A DNA stretch of 64,000 nucleotides from Planctomycetota bacterium (GTDB lineage: Bacteria; Planctomycetota; UBA1135; UBA2386). Where the stretch lies: positions 10,896 to 74,895 of the forward strand of contig JAEUHP010000007.1 in the NCBI GenBank assembly GCA_016795295.1. The letters are read 5' to 3'. The notes under the pieces were generated by a model. The model saw only the letters and a program-made list of their open reading frames with translations. It was not told the origin of the DNA and searched no databases. Of this stretch, positions 1 through 10,186 are shown piece after piece; position 1 is the stretch's first letter, and each line of letters begins with the position of its first letter. Made by a program: the position numbers and the translations under genes.

Positions 1-1818
1 ATCCGCCGCCTGCGCCAACTGGTAGTGGCGCACCGCCGGCAACACCCGCCCGCGAGCCTGGTCCCAACCCGCCTTGGCGACGTGCAACAAGGCATGGTGT
101 GGCTGTTGCGCCAGCGCCTGCGCCAGCGCCGCGTCGGCGGCGGCAGCGCGCGGATCGGCAGCGTCGAGCGGCCCCTCGCGCCCAGCAGTCGCGGCTTCGA
201 GATCGCGCAGGGCGGTGAACGCCACCACCTCAGGCTGCCCGGGGCATTCGGCGACCAGCACTTGGTAGAGCGCGTCGGCGGCGTCGCGCTGCCCGGCCAG
301 TCGGAGCGGCTCGAACGCAGCGAGCCGCGCCTGGAGCAGCAGCCCCCGCGCCTCGGCCACGCGGTTCGGCGCCGACTCCTTCGCCAACTGCGCCTCGGCC
401 GCCACCACCGCCGCCCGCGCTTCGGCCGCAGCCGCCGGCCAGTCGGCGATCCGCAACGCCAACATCGTGAGCCGACGCCGGGCGTGGAACTCGTGGATCG
501 GGTAGCGGGCACAACGGGCGGCCGCCTCGAGGTGCCGCCGCGCCTCCTCGAGCGGCACGCCGTTCGCCGACTGGGCGTCGACCAGGTTGAGCCGCGCCAC
601 GGCGTTGTCGGCGTCGACCGCGAGGCTCGCGGTCCACAGCTCTTCGCTGCTGGCGAAGACGGCGCTGCGCTGCATCGCCGCGCCGCCGAGCGGCACCAAC
701 AGCAAAGCCGTGGCGAGCAGGCCGTGGCGGCCGGCGAGGCGCTGCGCAGCGGCCACCACCGCGAGTGCGGCGAACGGCACGGCCAGGTACAGATATCGGT
801 CGGCGGCGGCGATCGAAGACGCCGGATACGCCGTGTTGAACGGCAAGAGCGCCGCGACGAACCCCGTGCCGCCGAGGGCCACCCACCGCCAACGCGGCCG
901 CCGCCACGCCCAACCCAGGGCCAGCAGCGCGCCGAGTCCCGCAGCAACGATCGGCCAGCCCGCCGCGGCGAAGCGTTCGAGCGTCTGCACCTCGGGGTAC
1001 AACACGTTGAGCTGGCGCGGCCAGAACGCCGTGCCCAGGTAGTGCCAGAACGCCCCTGGCACCTGAGGCAGTCGCTCGGCGAACGAACCTGCTGCCAGGG
1101 TGCCCTCCGCCACGGCGATGGTCTGGTGGTGCCAAGCGATCGGCGCCGTGACCAACAGAGCCACTCCCGTCACCCACCAACGCGAGCCCGAGGGTCCGGT
1201 GGCGGCAGCCACCACGGCCGCCAGCAGCGGCTGCACCACGGCGGTGGGCTTGCTGTACATCGCCAGCGCCGCACAGACGGCAGCGCCGGTCAGCAGCCAG
1301 CCGTTCGCCCCGCGCTGCGCGCGCACCTGGATCTGCAGCAGCAACAGCACCCACAGGCCGCTGAGCAGATCCTTGCGCCCCGCCACCCAAACCGTCGACT
1401 CGGCGAGTGCCGGGTGCACGGCGAACAGCGCGCCCGCCAGGTGCGCAGCCGTGCCGCCGAACCCAAGACGCAACAGCAACCGCACCAGCACAGCGGCGAC
1501 CGCGCCGTGCCAGAGCAAAGCCGAGAGATGCGGCCACAGCGGCCCACCGCCGCCGAGCCAGGCATCGAGCCAGAGCGACAGGTGCGCAACCGGCAGATAG
1601 GCGTTGGCCATCGGCTGGGTGAGCACGGCCCACGGCCCAGCCTGCAGCAGCGGCTGGTCGGGGCCGAAGTACAGGTTGTCGTCGAAGTTCAGGAACTGCG
1701 CGCGCAACGCCGTCGGCAGATGGACCAGAGCGACCAGCAGCCAAGCGCCGCACAGGGTCCAGAGCAGCCCTGGCACGCGCGGGGTGGACGCCACAGGAAC
1801 GGGGGGCGAGGCGGACAT
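1..1818 (-). CDS. TMTC-like (GT-C fold) membrane glycosyltransferase / protein O-mannosyltransferase-like protein with C-terminal helical/TPR region; 3' end runs off the window
   Basis: Not in the ORF track because it has no stop in the window. Hand translation from ATG at 1818 gives MSASPPVP...[11 protein letters not shown]...[13 protein letters not shown]...[25 protein letters not shown]...AADRYLYLA. The DD, LFAVHP..E..W..GR.D and DRYLY motifs are typical of TMTC-type proteins, and there are many hydrophobic segments. Confidence 0.75.
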   Translation of the reverse strand, partial: MSASPPVPVASTPRVPGLLWTLCGAWLLVALVHLPTALRAQFLNFDDNLYFGPDQPLLQAGPWAVLTQPMANAYLPVAHLSLWLDAWLGGGGPLWPHLSALLWHGAVAAVLVRLLLRLGFGGTAAHLAGALFAVHPALAESTVWVAGRKDLLSGLWVLLLLQIQVRAQRGANGWLLTGAAVCAALAMYSKPTAVVQPLLAAVVAAATGPSGSRWWVTGVALLVTAPIAWHHQTIAVAEGTLAAGSFAERLPQVPGAFWHYLGTAFWPRQLNVLYPEVQTLERFAAAGWPIVAAGLGALLALGWAWRRPRWRWVALGGTGFVAALLPFNTAYPASSIAAADRYLYLAVPFAALAVVAAAQRLAGRHGLLATALLLVPLGGAAMQRSAVFASSEELWTASLAVDADNAVARLNLVDAQSANGVPLEEARRHLEAAARCARYPIHEFHARRRLTMLALRIADWPAAAAEARAAVVAAEAQLAKESAPNRVAEARGLLLQARLAAFEPLRLAGQRDAADALYQVLVAECPGQPEVVAFTALRDLEAATAGREGPLDAADPRAAAADAALAQALAQQPHHALLHVAKAGWDQARGRVLPAVRHYQLAQAAD

Positions 1819-1882
1819 CGGGGGCCGCACAGCGTAGCAACGCTTGCTTGCAGTGGCAGCCGTCGGCGCTTTTGCTCCCGGC

Positions 1883-3007
1883 ATGTTCGCCGCCCGCCAC
1901 CTCCCCCCCGACCAGCCGGCCCTGGTGCGGGCCCTGCGCGCGCGCGGCCGTTCCGTCCATGCGCTGCGCCGCCGCGGCGCCGATCTCGGCCACGCGGTGC
2001 CGGTGGCCCGGCAGCTGCCGAGCCCGGCCGCAGCCCAGCGGCGCTGGGCACGGGCCGAGCCGGTGTTCCTGCCCGGCATCCTGGGCCGCGGGCCGCAGCG
2101 GTTCGCGGCGCAGATCCAGAGCGCCCTGCGCATGTTCGACCGCTTGCGCGCCGGCGGTTCCCTGCTGGCCGAGTTCGAACGCCGGATCGGCCAGGACCCC
2201 GACCTGCGCTACAGCGGCAGCAGCCAAGACGGCCCGGACGACCGCGAGATCGAGCGTGTGTTCGTGGACGCTTGGCCGGGCGGCGAGCGGGCCGCAGCAG
2301 ATCTCTGGGCGATGCTCGCGTGGCTGGCCACCGACCGCAGCGACCGCTCCCTGCGCATCCGCTTTTCGAACGGCGCCGACGGGCAAGAGCAATGGCTCGC
2401 GGCCACCGACCAGACCGCGGGCTGGGTCGACCTCTACGCCGCGCGGGCGTTCCCCGAATGCGCCGTGATCCTGGCGTGCGCCCCCCTGCGCCGCCGACTG
2501 GCAGCTCTGCTCGGGCGCCCCTACCGACTCTCCGAACGCATCCTCTACAACAACACCCCAGACGGCGGCGCCGTGTTCCACCACGATGCCGAAACCGGAC
2601 AGCTCGGGGTGGTGTTCAGCCAGCTCCAGGGCACCACCGGCTGGCTGGCGATCGGCAAGCGGCGGCTGGCCGCCTTGCTGCACCACTGCGGCCACCAGCG
2701 CTCGGTGCTGGCGGCGATGCGCGCGCTCGACGACCAGGACGAACGGCTGTGGCGGGTGCTCAACCGCGACGCCGGCTTCACCGCCGAGCTGGCGGCGCGC
2801 GGGGCCCTGTTCGTGCTCGAAGCGGGCGACAGCATCCTGCTGCCGTCCCACAGCCGCGACGACGTGGCGTGGCACTCGGTGGTCGGGCTCGGGCAACGCC
2901 CGAGCCTAGCCCACAGCTACGGCATCTTCGCGCGACGCCCCGACTACCCAGCCGCGGCCGACCCGGAGCTGGCCGCGACGCCCAGAACCCAGGCGCCACC
3001 GGCATGA
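1883..3007 (+). CDS. JmjC/cupin-like putative Fe(II)/2-oxoglutarate oxygenase
   Basis: HxD motif (VFHHDAE) and a distal [10 protein letters not shown]...WHSV motif resembling the JmjC GD.l.lP...WH.V signature. The stop overlaps the next start (ATGA). Confidence 0.55.
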   Translation: MFAARHLPPDQPALVRALRARGRSVHALRRRGADLGHAVPVARQLPSPAAAQRRWARAEPVFLPGILGRGPQRFAAQIQSALRMFDRLRAGGSLLAEFERRIGQDPDLRYSGSSQDGPDDREIERVFVDAWPGGERAAADLWAMLAWLATDRSDRSLRIRFSNGADGQEQWLAATDQTAGWVDLYAARAFPECAVILACAPLRRRLAALLGRPYRLSERILYNNTPDGGAVFHHDAETGQLGVVFSQLQGTTGWLAIGKRRLAALLHHCGHQRSVLAAMRALDDQDERLWRVLNRDAGFTAELAARGALFVLEAGDSILLPSHSRDDVAWHSVVGLGQRPSLAHSYGIFARRPDYPAAADPELAATPRTQAPPA

Positions 3008-3960
3008 CGAACCTGCGTACCGCCCTGTGCCAGCACCTCGAGTTGGCCGCTGCGGCGTTCGGGGCCGACCTGCTGCTGCCACCCGGCCGAGCAGCCGCCC
3101 AGTCCGGGCCCCGGGAGCAGACCGTGGAAGTCGGCAGTCCTTCGGTTGCGAACCCACCGACGGACCGTCCGCGTGCGGATTTGGCCACCGAACAACCCAG
3201 TGCCGACCTGGCCGAGGCGGGCGGAGAGCCGGCGAGCCAGCAGCCAGCGGGCCCAGCCAAGGCGGCTCCAGTTTCGGCAACGCCGCCGCCCGGGGGCCTG
3301 CCGACGCCGAACCGCTCCCCTGCAGTCGCCCCCACCGCATTCCGCCAGGCCGAGCCCGCCCCCGAGGAGCGTGCCACCGACGCCGCGGCCGCGCTCGCCG
3401 CGCTGCGCACCGAAGCCCTGGCCTGCACCCGCTGCAAGCTGGCCCAAGGCCGCAACCACGTGGTGTTCGGGGAAGGCCCCCCCACGCCGCGCGTCGTGTT
3501 CTTGGGCGAAGCACCCGGCGCCCAGGAGGACCGCACCGGGCGGCCGTTCGTCGGCCAAGCCGGGCAACTGCTCGACAAGATCCTCGCCAACGCGATGGGT
3601 TTGCGGCGCGACGAAGTCTACATCGCCAACGTCAACAAGTGCCGCCCCCCGGAGAACCGCACCCCCGAGGCAGAGGAAGTGGCCGCATGCCTGCCGTTCC
3701 TGCGCCGCCAGATCGAGATCCTGCGCCCTGAGGTGATCGTCTGCCTCGGCCGGACGGCGGCGCAAAACCTGCTCAGCACCACCGAGTCCACCAGTGCCTT
3801 GCGCGGTCGAACCCTCGACTACCATGGGGTGCCGGTGGTGGTGACCTGGCACCCGGCCTATCTGCTGCGCGAGCCGGCGCGCAAACGTGAAACCTGGGAC
3901 GACATCAAGCGTGTGAATCGGCTGCTCGGGCGCCCCGAGGTGCCCCCGCCCATCGGGTGA
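3004..3960 (+). CDS. Uracil-DNA glycosylase family 4 (Fe-S) with long Pro/Ala-rich N-terminal linker
   Basis: C-terminal part of ORF 25..3960: [44 protein letters not shown]. Confidence 0.92.
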   Translation: MTNLRTALCQHLELAAAAFGADLLLPPGRAAAQSGPREQTVEVGSPSVANPPTDRPRADLATEQPSADLAEAGGEPASQQPAGPAKAAPVSATPPPGGLPTPNRSPAVAPTAFRQAEPAPEERATDAAAALAALRTEALACTRCKLAQGRNHVVFGEGPPTPRVVFLGEAPGAQEDRTGRPFVGQAGQLLDKILANAMGLRRDEVYIANVNKCRPPENRTPEAEEVAACLPFLRRQIEILRPEVIVCLGRTAAQNLLSTTESTSALRGRTLDYHGVPVVVTWHPAYLLREPARKRETWDDIKRVNRLLGRPEVPPPIG

Positions 3961-4006
3961 GTCCACCCGCCGAACAGCGCGCTGCCAGGACCCTGCGATT
4001 GCGCGC

Positions 4007-4035
4007 TTGACCGCTTGCGAATCCATCGCTACCGT
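4007..4035 (+). promoter_or_regulatory. Putative sigma70 promoter TTGACC-N17-TACCGT upstream of secretin 1
   Basis: Near-consensus -35 hexamer, 17-bp spacer and TAnnnT -10 hexamer in the intergenic region. Confidence 0.45.
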
Positions 4036-4265
4036 CCGCGGTCCCTGGCGTGCCGCCTTCCCACGGCGCGGCAGGTTCCGTCCGCTAACCCCTCCGAACG
4101 TCCCTTCGGCACTTTCTCTTTGGCGGCTCGCCCAACCGCGTCCTGTCGGCATGCAGCGACGAGGTCGGCGCGGCGCTGGCCAACCAGGTAGTGCAGTCGG
4201 GCAGCTCCGTCGTCCCTCCGGGCTCGCCCTCTCCTCTTGTTCGCCCTCACTGCAGGCATCCCAGC

Positions 4266-6899
4266 ATGATCACGGTTCAGACCCTGCGCTTGCGCGGCCT
4301 AGTTGCTTCGTCCTTGCTCGCCTTGGCCGCCTGTTCGGGCACGCCGAGTCAGCCCGACCAGTCCCCTGGCGAGGCCGCCGCTGGCCAGCCGATGGCTGGC
4401 CAACCCTCCCGGACTGCCGGCGGTTCGGGTAGCCAAGATCCCATCCCCGAGTCGCAGCGCCGCGGCGTCTTGCTGGCGCGCGCCCTGGAAAACGGCAAGC
4501 AGTTCCTCGCAGTGGGCCAGTATGAGCAGGCGCGGGGTGAAGCGCTGTTCGCCCTGGAACTCGACCCCAAGAGCAGCGAAGCGCGCGAGCTGCTGGCCAA
4601 GTGCCAAGCCGTGCTCGCCGACGCCCCGCTGACCAGCCCGCAGGGCCGGCTCGACCAAGCGGTGATGCTCGACAAGATCCGCGCCGAGCGGGAACGTTCG
4701 ATCGTGGAGAACGATCTGCAGATGGGCCGCGCCAACCTGCAGCAGGGCAACTTCGGCCGCGCGGTCGACCACTTCGAACGCGCGGCGATCGCGCTGCGCT
4801 TCTCGCCCTACACGCAGCCCAACGACCCGAAGCGCAAGGAAGTCGAAGCGGAGCTGGCCAATGCGCGTGAAGCCAAGGCCAAGGCCGAAGCGGATCGCAT
4901 CGACCGCGCCAAGAGCGCTTCCGAGGAAGAGCTGCGCCGGCTCGAGGCCGAGCAGCAAGTCGCCCGTTCGCTGCGCGTGGAGCGCATGCTCGAGCAGGCC
5001 AACCTGAGCTTCCAAGCCGGCCGCTACGAGGAATCGCTGAAGCTGGTCGACCAGGCCCTGCTCCTGGATCCGATCAACCCCACGGCGACCGCGCTGCGCG
5101 ACCTCGCCGACCGGGCCCGCCACAACACCACGGTCGACAACGCCCGCGAGCGCTTCCGCATCGAGTGGAACAAGACGTTCTTGGAACTGCAGCACAGCAA
5201 CCTGCCGCAGACCGAGACGGTGCAGTTCAACCCGGAGCGCTGGGCCCTCGTGTCGCAACGCGCGCCGGCCAGCTTCACCACGCCGAACGACCTCTACGCG
5301 CCCGAGAACCAGGCCGTCATCGAGGTGCTGGAGAGCACCGACCGCGCCTCGGAGCACCACTTCCCGCTCGGCACCACCCTGGCCGACTGGGCGGCGCACT
5401 ACGCGCAGCGCACCAACATCACGTTCTTCATCGAAGAATCGGCGAAGGCGCTGCCCGTCGAGCAAACCACGCTCTCGGACTTCCACCTGCCGCGCAAGTC
5501 CGTGGCCGAGGCCCTGCGCAACATCCAGGCCCAGACCGGCGTCGCCTTCAAGGTCCGGGATGGCATGGTGCGTCTGGCTGCCAGCACCGGCACGCCGGAT
5601 GGCCCCTACTTCGTGGACAAGATCCTCGTGCACGATCTGGTCAAGGGTTACCGGGACAAGCCAGGCCCCGTGCTGACGCTGCCGGTCCCCGGCGTCGACG
5701 TGCCGCTGTTCCCCGAGGGCGAAGAGAATCCCCCGCCGCCGGTCGTCGACGAGGCCAAGCTTCAGGATCTGCTCAAGGGCCTGATCGCGCAGGACAAGTG
5801 GGACGGCAACCCGTTCACCATGAACATCCAGGCGGGTGTGATGTTCGTGTATGCCAATGCCGACACGCACCGCCAGATCTCGCAGGTGGTCAACCAGCTG
5901 CGCAAGCACGTCGGCATCCAGGTGGACCTGGAGTCGCGCTTCCTGAAGGTCGAGGACAGCTTCCTCGAGGACGTCGGTGTCGACCTGCGCGGCCTCGGTG
6001 ACCAGTCGGCCCAGGGCTTGGCCGGTCGCGGCTTGGAGAAGAACGGGCTGCGCCCGAATGCCGGCTTCGAGGACTTCGGCCCTCGGCAGCAGCAGAACGC
6101 CTCGGTCCCCGGGGTGGTCGGCACCGGCACTTCGCCGGGCTTGTTCTTCGACAACGGTCGCGACGGCGACTACATGGCCCGCATCGAGAACCTCTACAAC
6201 GGCACCCTGGGTGGCCGTCGCGACGGTCTCAGCAACGCCGGCGGTCTGGCGTTGCAGTATGCGTTCCTCGACGACACCGAAGTCGAGTTGGTGTTGCGCG
6301 CGGTGGCCAAGCAGGAGCGCAGCGAGACGATCGACGCGCCCCGCCTGTTGGTGTTCAACAACGTGCAGGCGTCGATGCACCACCTGCAGAACATCGCCTA
6401 CATCCGCGACTTCGACGTCGAAATCGCGCAGAACGCAGCCGTCGCGAACCCGGTGGTCGGCGTGGTCCACGAGGGCGTCACGCTCGACGTCAAGCCGGTC
6501 GTGGATGCCGACCTGCGTTTCATCACCATGGAGCTGCGGCCCACGGTGATGACGCTGCAACTGCCGATCCCGACCTTCACCACCACTCTGGGTGTCGGCC
6601 AGCCGATCTCGATCCAGATTCCCGAGGTCAACCTGCAGAAGGTGCGCACCACGGTGACCCTGCCGGACGGCGGCACGATGATGCTGGGCGGCATGCGCTT
6701 GGTCGAGCGGCAGAACATGCGTTCGACCGTGCCGCTGATCGGCAACCTGCCCGGCCTGAGCTGGCTCTTCACCCGCAAGGGAACCTCGGTGCAGAACCGC
6801 AAGATCCTGATCCTGATCAAGGCTCGGATCATCCTGATGAACGAGTGGGAGCCGACGACGGTGGTCGGTCAAGACGGCCGCATGGTCTCGGCCAAGTAG
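4266..6899 (+). CDS. Lipoprotein secretin (GspD/PulD-like) with N-terminal TPR/coiled-coil and STN-like domains (secretin 1)
   Basis: Lipobox LALAAC. C-terminal secretin domain: QVDLESRFLKV, APRLLVFNN, GVTLDVKPVV, TTVTLPDGGTMMLGG, VPLIGNLPGLSWLF, ILILIKARII. Confidence 0.85.
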   Translation: MITVQTLRLRGLVASSLLALAACSGTPSQPDQSPGEAAAGQPMAGQPSRTAGGSGSQDPIPESQRRGVLLARALENGKQFLAVGQYEQARGEALFALELDPKSSEARELLAKCQAVLADAPLTSPQGRLDQAVMLDKIRAERERSIVENDLQMGRANLQQGNFGRAVDHFERAAIALRFSPYTQPNDPKRKEVEAELANAREAKAKAEADRIDRAKSASEEELRRLEAEQQVARSLRVERMLEQANLSFQAGRYEESLKLVDQALLLDPINPTATALRDLADRARHNTTVDNARERFRIEWNKTFLELQHSNLPQTETVQFNPERWALVSQRAPASFTTPNDLYAPENQAVIEVLESTDRASEHHFPLGTTLADWAAHYAQRTNITFFIEESAKALPVEQTTLSDFHLPRKSVAEALRNIQAQTGVAFKVRDGMVRLAASTGTPDGPYFVDKILVHDLVKGYRDKPGPVLTLPVPGVDVPLFPEGEENPPPPVVDEAKLQDLLKGLIAQDKWDGNPFTMNIQAGVMFVYANADTHRQISQVVNQLRKHVGIQVDLESRFLKVEDSFLEDVGVDLRGLGDQSAQGLAGRGLEKNGLRPNAGFEDFGPRQQQNASVPGVVGTGTSPGLFFDNGRDGDYMARIENLYNGTLGGRRDGLSNAGGLALQYAFLDDTEVELVLRAVAKQERSETIDAPRLLVFNNVQASMHHLQNIAYIRDFDVEIAQNAAVANPVVGVVHEGVTLDVKPVVDADLRFITMELRPTVMTLQLPIPTFTTTLGVGQPISIQIPEVNLQKVRTTVTLPDGGTMMLGGMRLVERQNMRSTVPLIGNLPGLSWLFTRKGTSVQNRKILILIKARIILMNEWEPTTVVGQDGRMVSAK

Positions 6900-6915
6900 T
6901 TCGCCCCTCTCGCAC

Positions 6916-6957
6916 CCGGTTCCCGCAGACTAGTTCTCGCAAACTGGTTCTCACAAA
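6916..6957 (+). repeat. Three tandem degenerate 14-bp repeats (CYRGTTCYCRCARA)
   Basis: ccggttcccgcaga / ctagttctcgcaaa / ctggttctcacaaa, directly followed by the hairpin ctgggg-aatc-ccccag. Confidence 0.7.
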
Positions 6958-6981
6958 CTGGGGAATCCCCCAGAAACCGAT

Positions 6982-7026
6982 GACGGCCGCTTCTGCCTTC
7001 CGGCAGTGGCGGCCGTCGCTGTTTTC
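6982..7026 (+). terminator. Putative intrinsic terminator after secretin 1
   Basis: gacggccgc..ctgcc-ttcc-ggcag..gcggccgtc stem followed by gctgtttt. Confidence 0.45.
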
Positions 7027-7235
7027 CCCCTGTGCGGCCCAGGCGGCAGCACAGCGCGGAGTTGCTGATGGCTCTGGAACGAGTGAACCAAAGTGCCTAG
7101 CATGCGTTCCCCCCTGAGCTCAGGTTGCAAGCCCAGCAACCGGAGCCTCGCTACCGCGTGCCCAACCACCACCGCGACGACCGCGGCGGTGGCTCGGCTC
7201 GCCCCTTTGTCGCCGCGTACTTCGGAGCACATCCC

Positions 7236-10103
7236 GTGATCGCAAGCCGCGCCCAGCACCCGTTCGGTGCCAAGCCCGCTGTGTTGGTGTTCTCACTCGC
7301 CTGCCTCCTGCCCGCCGTCCGAGCCCAGGACAAGCTCGACCGCGAGCTGGACTTCGTGTTGGCCATGGCGCGCGACATGCGCTTCATCGAGCTGGCCAAG
7401 GAAGAGGCCGACCGGCTGGCCGCGGAGTTCCGCGACGCCGGCGACCAGGATCGCATCGCCCAAGCGAGCGTCGAGATCGCCTACCTGGGCGCCCGCGTGC
7501 GCCCCAACCGCGCGGTGCAGCGGCAGCTGTTCAAGGAGGCCCTGGACCGCAGCAAGGAGCTGGTCGATCGCTCCAGCAATCCGTCGGTCCAGCTCAAGGC
7601 GCGCATGACCATGGCCGACGCCTCGGTCGACTTCGGCCAGTTCCTCACCGAGGATCTGGAAGTTGCCCGCGAGTCCGAGCCCGAGCGCGTGAAGGACATC
7701 GAGACCGAAGCCGCCGGCGTGTTCCGCTCGGGCATCGAAGCCTGCGGCAAGGTGATGGAAGCCCTGCAGTCCCTGCGCAAGGACGAGCGGCAGAACACCA
7801 ACTACATGCTGCAGTGGCTGCGCCGCGGCGTGCTCAAGCGCGAGAACGGCCGCGCCGTCAAGGCCGAACGCGAAGTGCTGGTCCAGCAAGCCATCAGCGA
7901 CTTGTCGGATCTGGTGTTGGAAGTCGGCGAAGAGACCGCCATCGGCCTCAAGGGCCTCTACGAGATCGGCCAGTGCTACGAAGTGCTGGGCGACACCAAG
8001 CAGGCGCTGGACGGCTACAAGACCACGGTGACCCAGATCACGACGGCCATCGAGCAGGCCAGCGAGCTGGGCCTGTCCGGTGAGATGCAGGCCTTCCTGT
8101 TCGAGATGATGCAGGAGATCACTGCGCGCACCGCCGAGATCATGGTGCGCACCGGGCACCCGGGCACAGCCGACCTGTTCACGGAGTTCCGCGCCGCCAT
8201 CGCCAAGTTCGGCGACAAGGGCGACATCTTCGACGTGGTCGACGCACGCTTCGGCCACCAGGTGCTGCTGGCCGAATGCCGGTTCTTGGCCGAATCTGGC
8301 GACAGCAAGAAGGTCGCAGATGCCATGGCGATGGCCCAGCGCATCAACGATCGGCACCCGACCGACTTCACCGGCATGAAGGCCAAAGCCGTGCTGCGCG
8401 ACATCCTGTCGCTGCAGCAGAGCTTGGTCTCCGGCAAGCTCTTGTTCGAAGTCGGCAAGGGTGAGCTGCAGAACAAGAACCACGAAGCAGCAGTCAAGAA
8501 CCTGCGCAAGGCGATCGCCGTGCTGACCCCGGAGGAGCAGGCCTCGATCGCGCTCGACGCCTTCGACCAGCTCGGACGCGCGTTCGGCACCTCGGACCGT
8601 GGCCTGGAGGCCGTCATCGCCATGACCGAGGGCCTGAAGCGCTACGGCGGCACGGACCAGAACAAGGCCAGCAACGTGGCCGACGTGCTCGACGCAGCCG
8701 TCGCCCAGTTGCGGCGCACCACCAAGAACGACCCCGGTCTCGAGAGCCTGTTGCGCGAAGCCACCGACCAGATCGGCAAGTACGGGCTCAATTCTGGCGC
8801 GAAGCTGTTCTGGAAGGCCGGCAACGACCTGTTCAACCAGAAGAAGTTCCTCGAGGCGGTCGCCGAGTACCAGAAGATCAAGACCGACTTCCCGTTCTTC
8901 GAGCTGGCGCAGGTCAACATCGCCCGCGCTCAGCAGCAGGTTGGCAACTTCGCTGAGGCACGCAAAGCTCTGGCTGCGTTCCGCACCCTCGCCGAGACCA
9001 AGCTCGACCCGAAGGATCCGAAGGCCGCCTACCGCAGCCAGGCGCTGGCCAGCGCTGAGTTCGTCGACGCCCAGATCGCCTACGTGGAGGCGCGCGGCAG
9101 CGAGGAGTTCAAGCTCGCCAAGGACCCCAAGAAGTACCCCGCCGCCATCGAGAAGCTGCGCGCGTTCGTCACGAACTTCGAGAAGGATGGCGAGAACAAC
9201 GTGCCACAGGCGCTGGAATCGCTGGGCCGACTGCACTGCGACCTTGGCGAACTCGAGCAGGCCGAGACGATCTACATGCAGGTGAAGGCCAAGGAAGCCC
9301 CCCGCGCCTCCCGCTTGGCCACCGAGATCTTCCGCGAGTACCAGGCGCGCGCCAAGTCGCTGGGTGAAGAGCTCAACCAAGCCATCGCCAAGGACAAGGG
9401 CGAAGCGGCGATCGCCCAGGCCCAGAAGGGCCTCGACGAGGTGCGCAAGAAGCTCACCAACCTCGGCCTCGACTACATCAACAACTCGTCCGCGCCCCAG
9501 CTCGGCATCCTGGTCAACACCATGCTCGGCTTCGAGCACCTGAAGGACTGGAAGCGGGTCGAGGAGATCGCCAACAAGACCCTGCAGCTGTTCGGCCAGG
9601 ACAAGGCCGAGGCCACCAAGCGCGTGATCGACCTGACGGTGCGACCCAAGGTCGGTGAGGCGCTGCTGCAGCAGAAGAAGTTCCAGCTCGCCTACGACAT
9701 GCTGCTCGCGGCCGAACAGGAATCCGAGAAGGCCGGCACCAAGCTGTGGGAAGTCAAGCGCCAGATCGCGCGCGCGCTCGGCGGTTGGTTCGAGTTCGAC
9801 AACGTCGGTCGCCCGGTCCGCGAACCCGGCCTCGACAAGCCGGTCGAAGCCTACCTCAAGCACTTCACCGAGTACCGCCAGTGGGCCGAGCGCCCGGATG
9901 TGAAGCAGTTCAGCCTGGATTGGTACCGCTTCCAGTGGGAGTGCTACTGGTTCGCCAAGCAAGCCGGCCAGAAGGACAGCAAGTACAAGGACACCGCCGC
10001 GAAGTTCTACAACCGGGCGCGGTCGACCGACGACTTCGCCACGCTGAAGAGCCACGGCGAAGAGGGCTTGCTGCTGTTCAAGTACTTCACCAACAACCGC
10101 TGA
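7236..10103 (+). CDS. Large exported TPR/helical-repeat protein
   Basis: Signal peptide ending LLPAVRA-QD. Repeated TPR-like helices (e.g. GLYEIGQCYEVLGDTKQALDGY). Start codon is uncertain. Confidence 0.75.
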   Translation: MIASRAQHPFGAKPAVLVFSLACLLPAVRAQDKLDRELDFVLAMARDMRFIELAKEEADRLAAEFRDAGDQDRIAQASVEIAYLGARVRPNRAVQRQLFKEALDRSKELVDRSSNPSVQLKARMTMADASVDFGQFLTEDLEVARESEPERVKDIETEAAGVFRSGIEACGKVMEALQSLRKDERQNTNYMLQWLRRGVLKRENGRAVKAEREVLVQQAISDLSDLVLEVGEETAIGLKGLYEIGQCYEVLGDTKQALDGYKTTVTQITTAIEQASELGLSGEMQAFLFEMMQEITARTAEIMVRTGHPGTADLFTEFRAAIAKFGDKGDIFDVVDARFGHQVLLAECRFLAESGDSKKVADAMAMAQRINDRHPTDFTGMKAKAVLRDILSLQQSLVSGKLLFEVGKGELQNKNHEAAVKNLRKAIAVLTPEEQASIALDAFDQLGRAFGTSDRGLEAVIAMTEGLKRYGGTDQNKASNVADVLDAAVAQLRRTTKNDPGLESLLREATDQIGKYGLNSGAKLFWKAGNDLFNQKKFLEAVAEYQKIKTDFPFFELAQVNIARAQQQVGNFAEARKALAAFRTLAETKLDPKDPKAAYRSQALASAEFVDAQIAYVEARGSEEFKLAKDPKKYPAAIEKLRAFVTNFEKDGENNVPQALESLGRLHCDLGELEQAETIYMQVKAKEAPRASRLATEIFREYQARAKSLGEELNQAIAKDKGEAAIAQAQKGLDEVRKKLTNLGLDYINNSSAPQLGILVNTMLGFEHLKDWKRVEEIANKTLQLFGQDKAEATKRVIDLTVRPKVGEALLQQKKFQLAYDMLLAAEQESEKAGTKLWEVKRQIARALGGWFEFDNVGRPVREPGLDKPVEAYLKHFTEYRQWAERPDVKQFSLDWYRFQWECYWFAKQAGQKDSKYKDTAAKFYNRARSTDDFATLKSHGEEGLLLFKYFTNNR

Positions 10104-10186
10104 GGCCCATGGACCGCGATCCGCGCCGCGCCGCCGCGATTTCCGTGCCGTTCCGCTTGCCACGCCACACCACCCCACACCGCCGT

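Noticed and set aside
25-3003. N-terminal ~990 aa of the 1311-aa ORF 25..3960
   Set aside because: Shadow frame over the minus-strand TMTC-like gene and the cupin gene. Only the part from ATG 3004 (UDG) looks like real protein.
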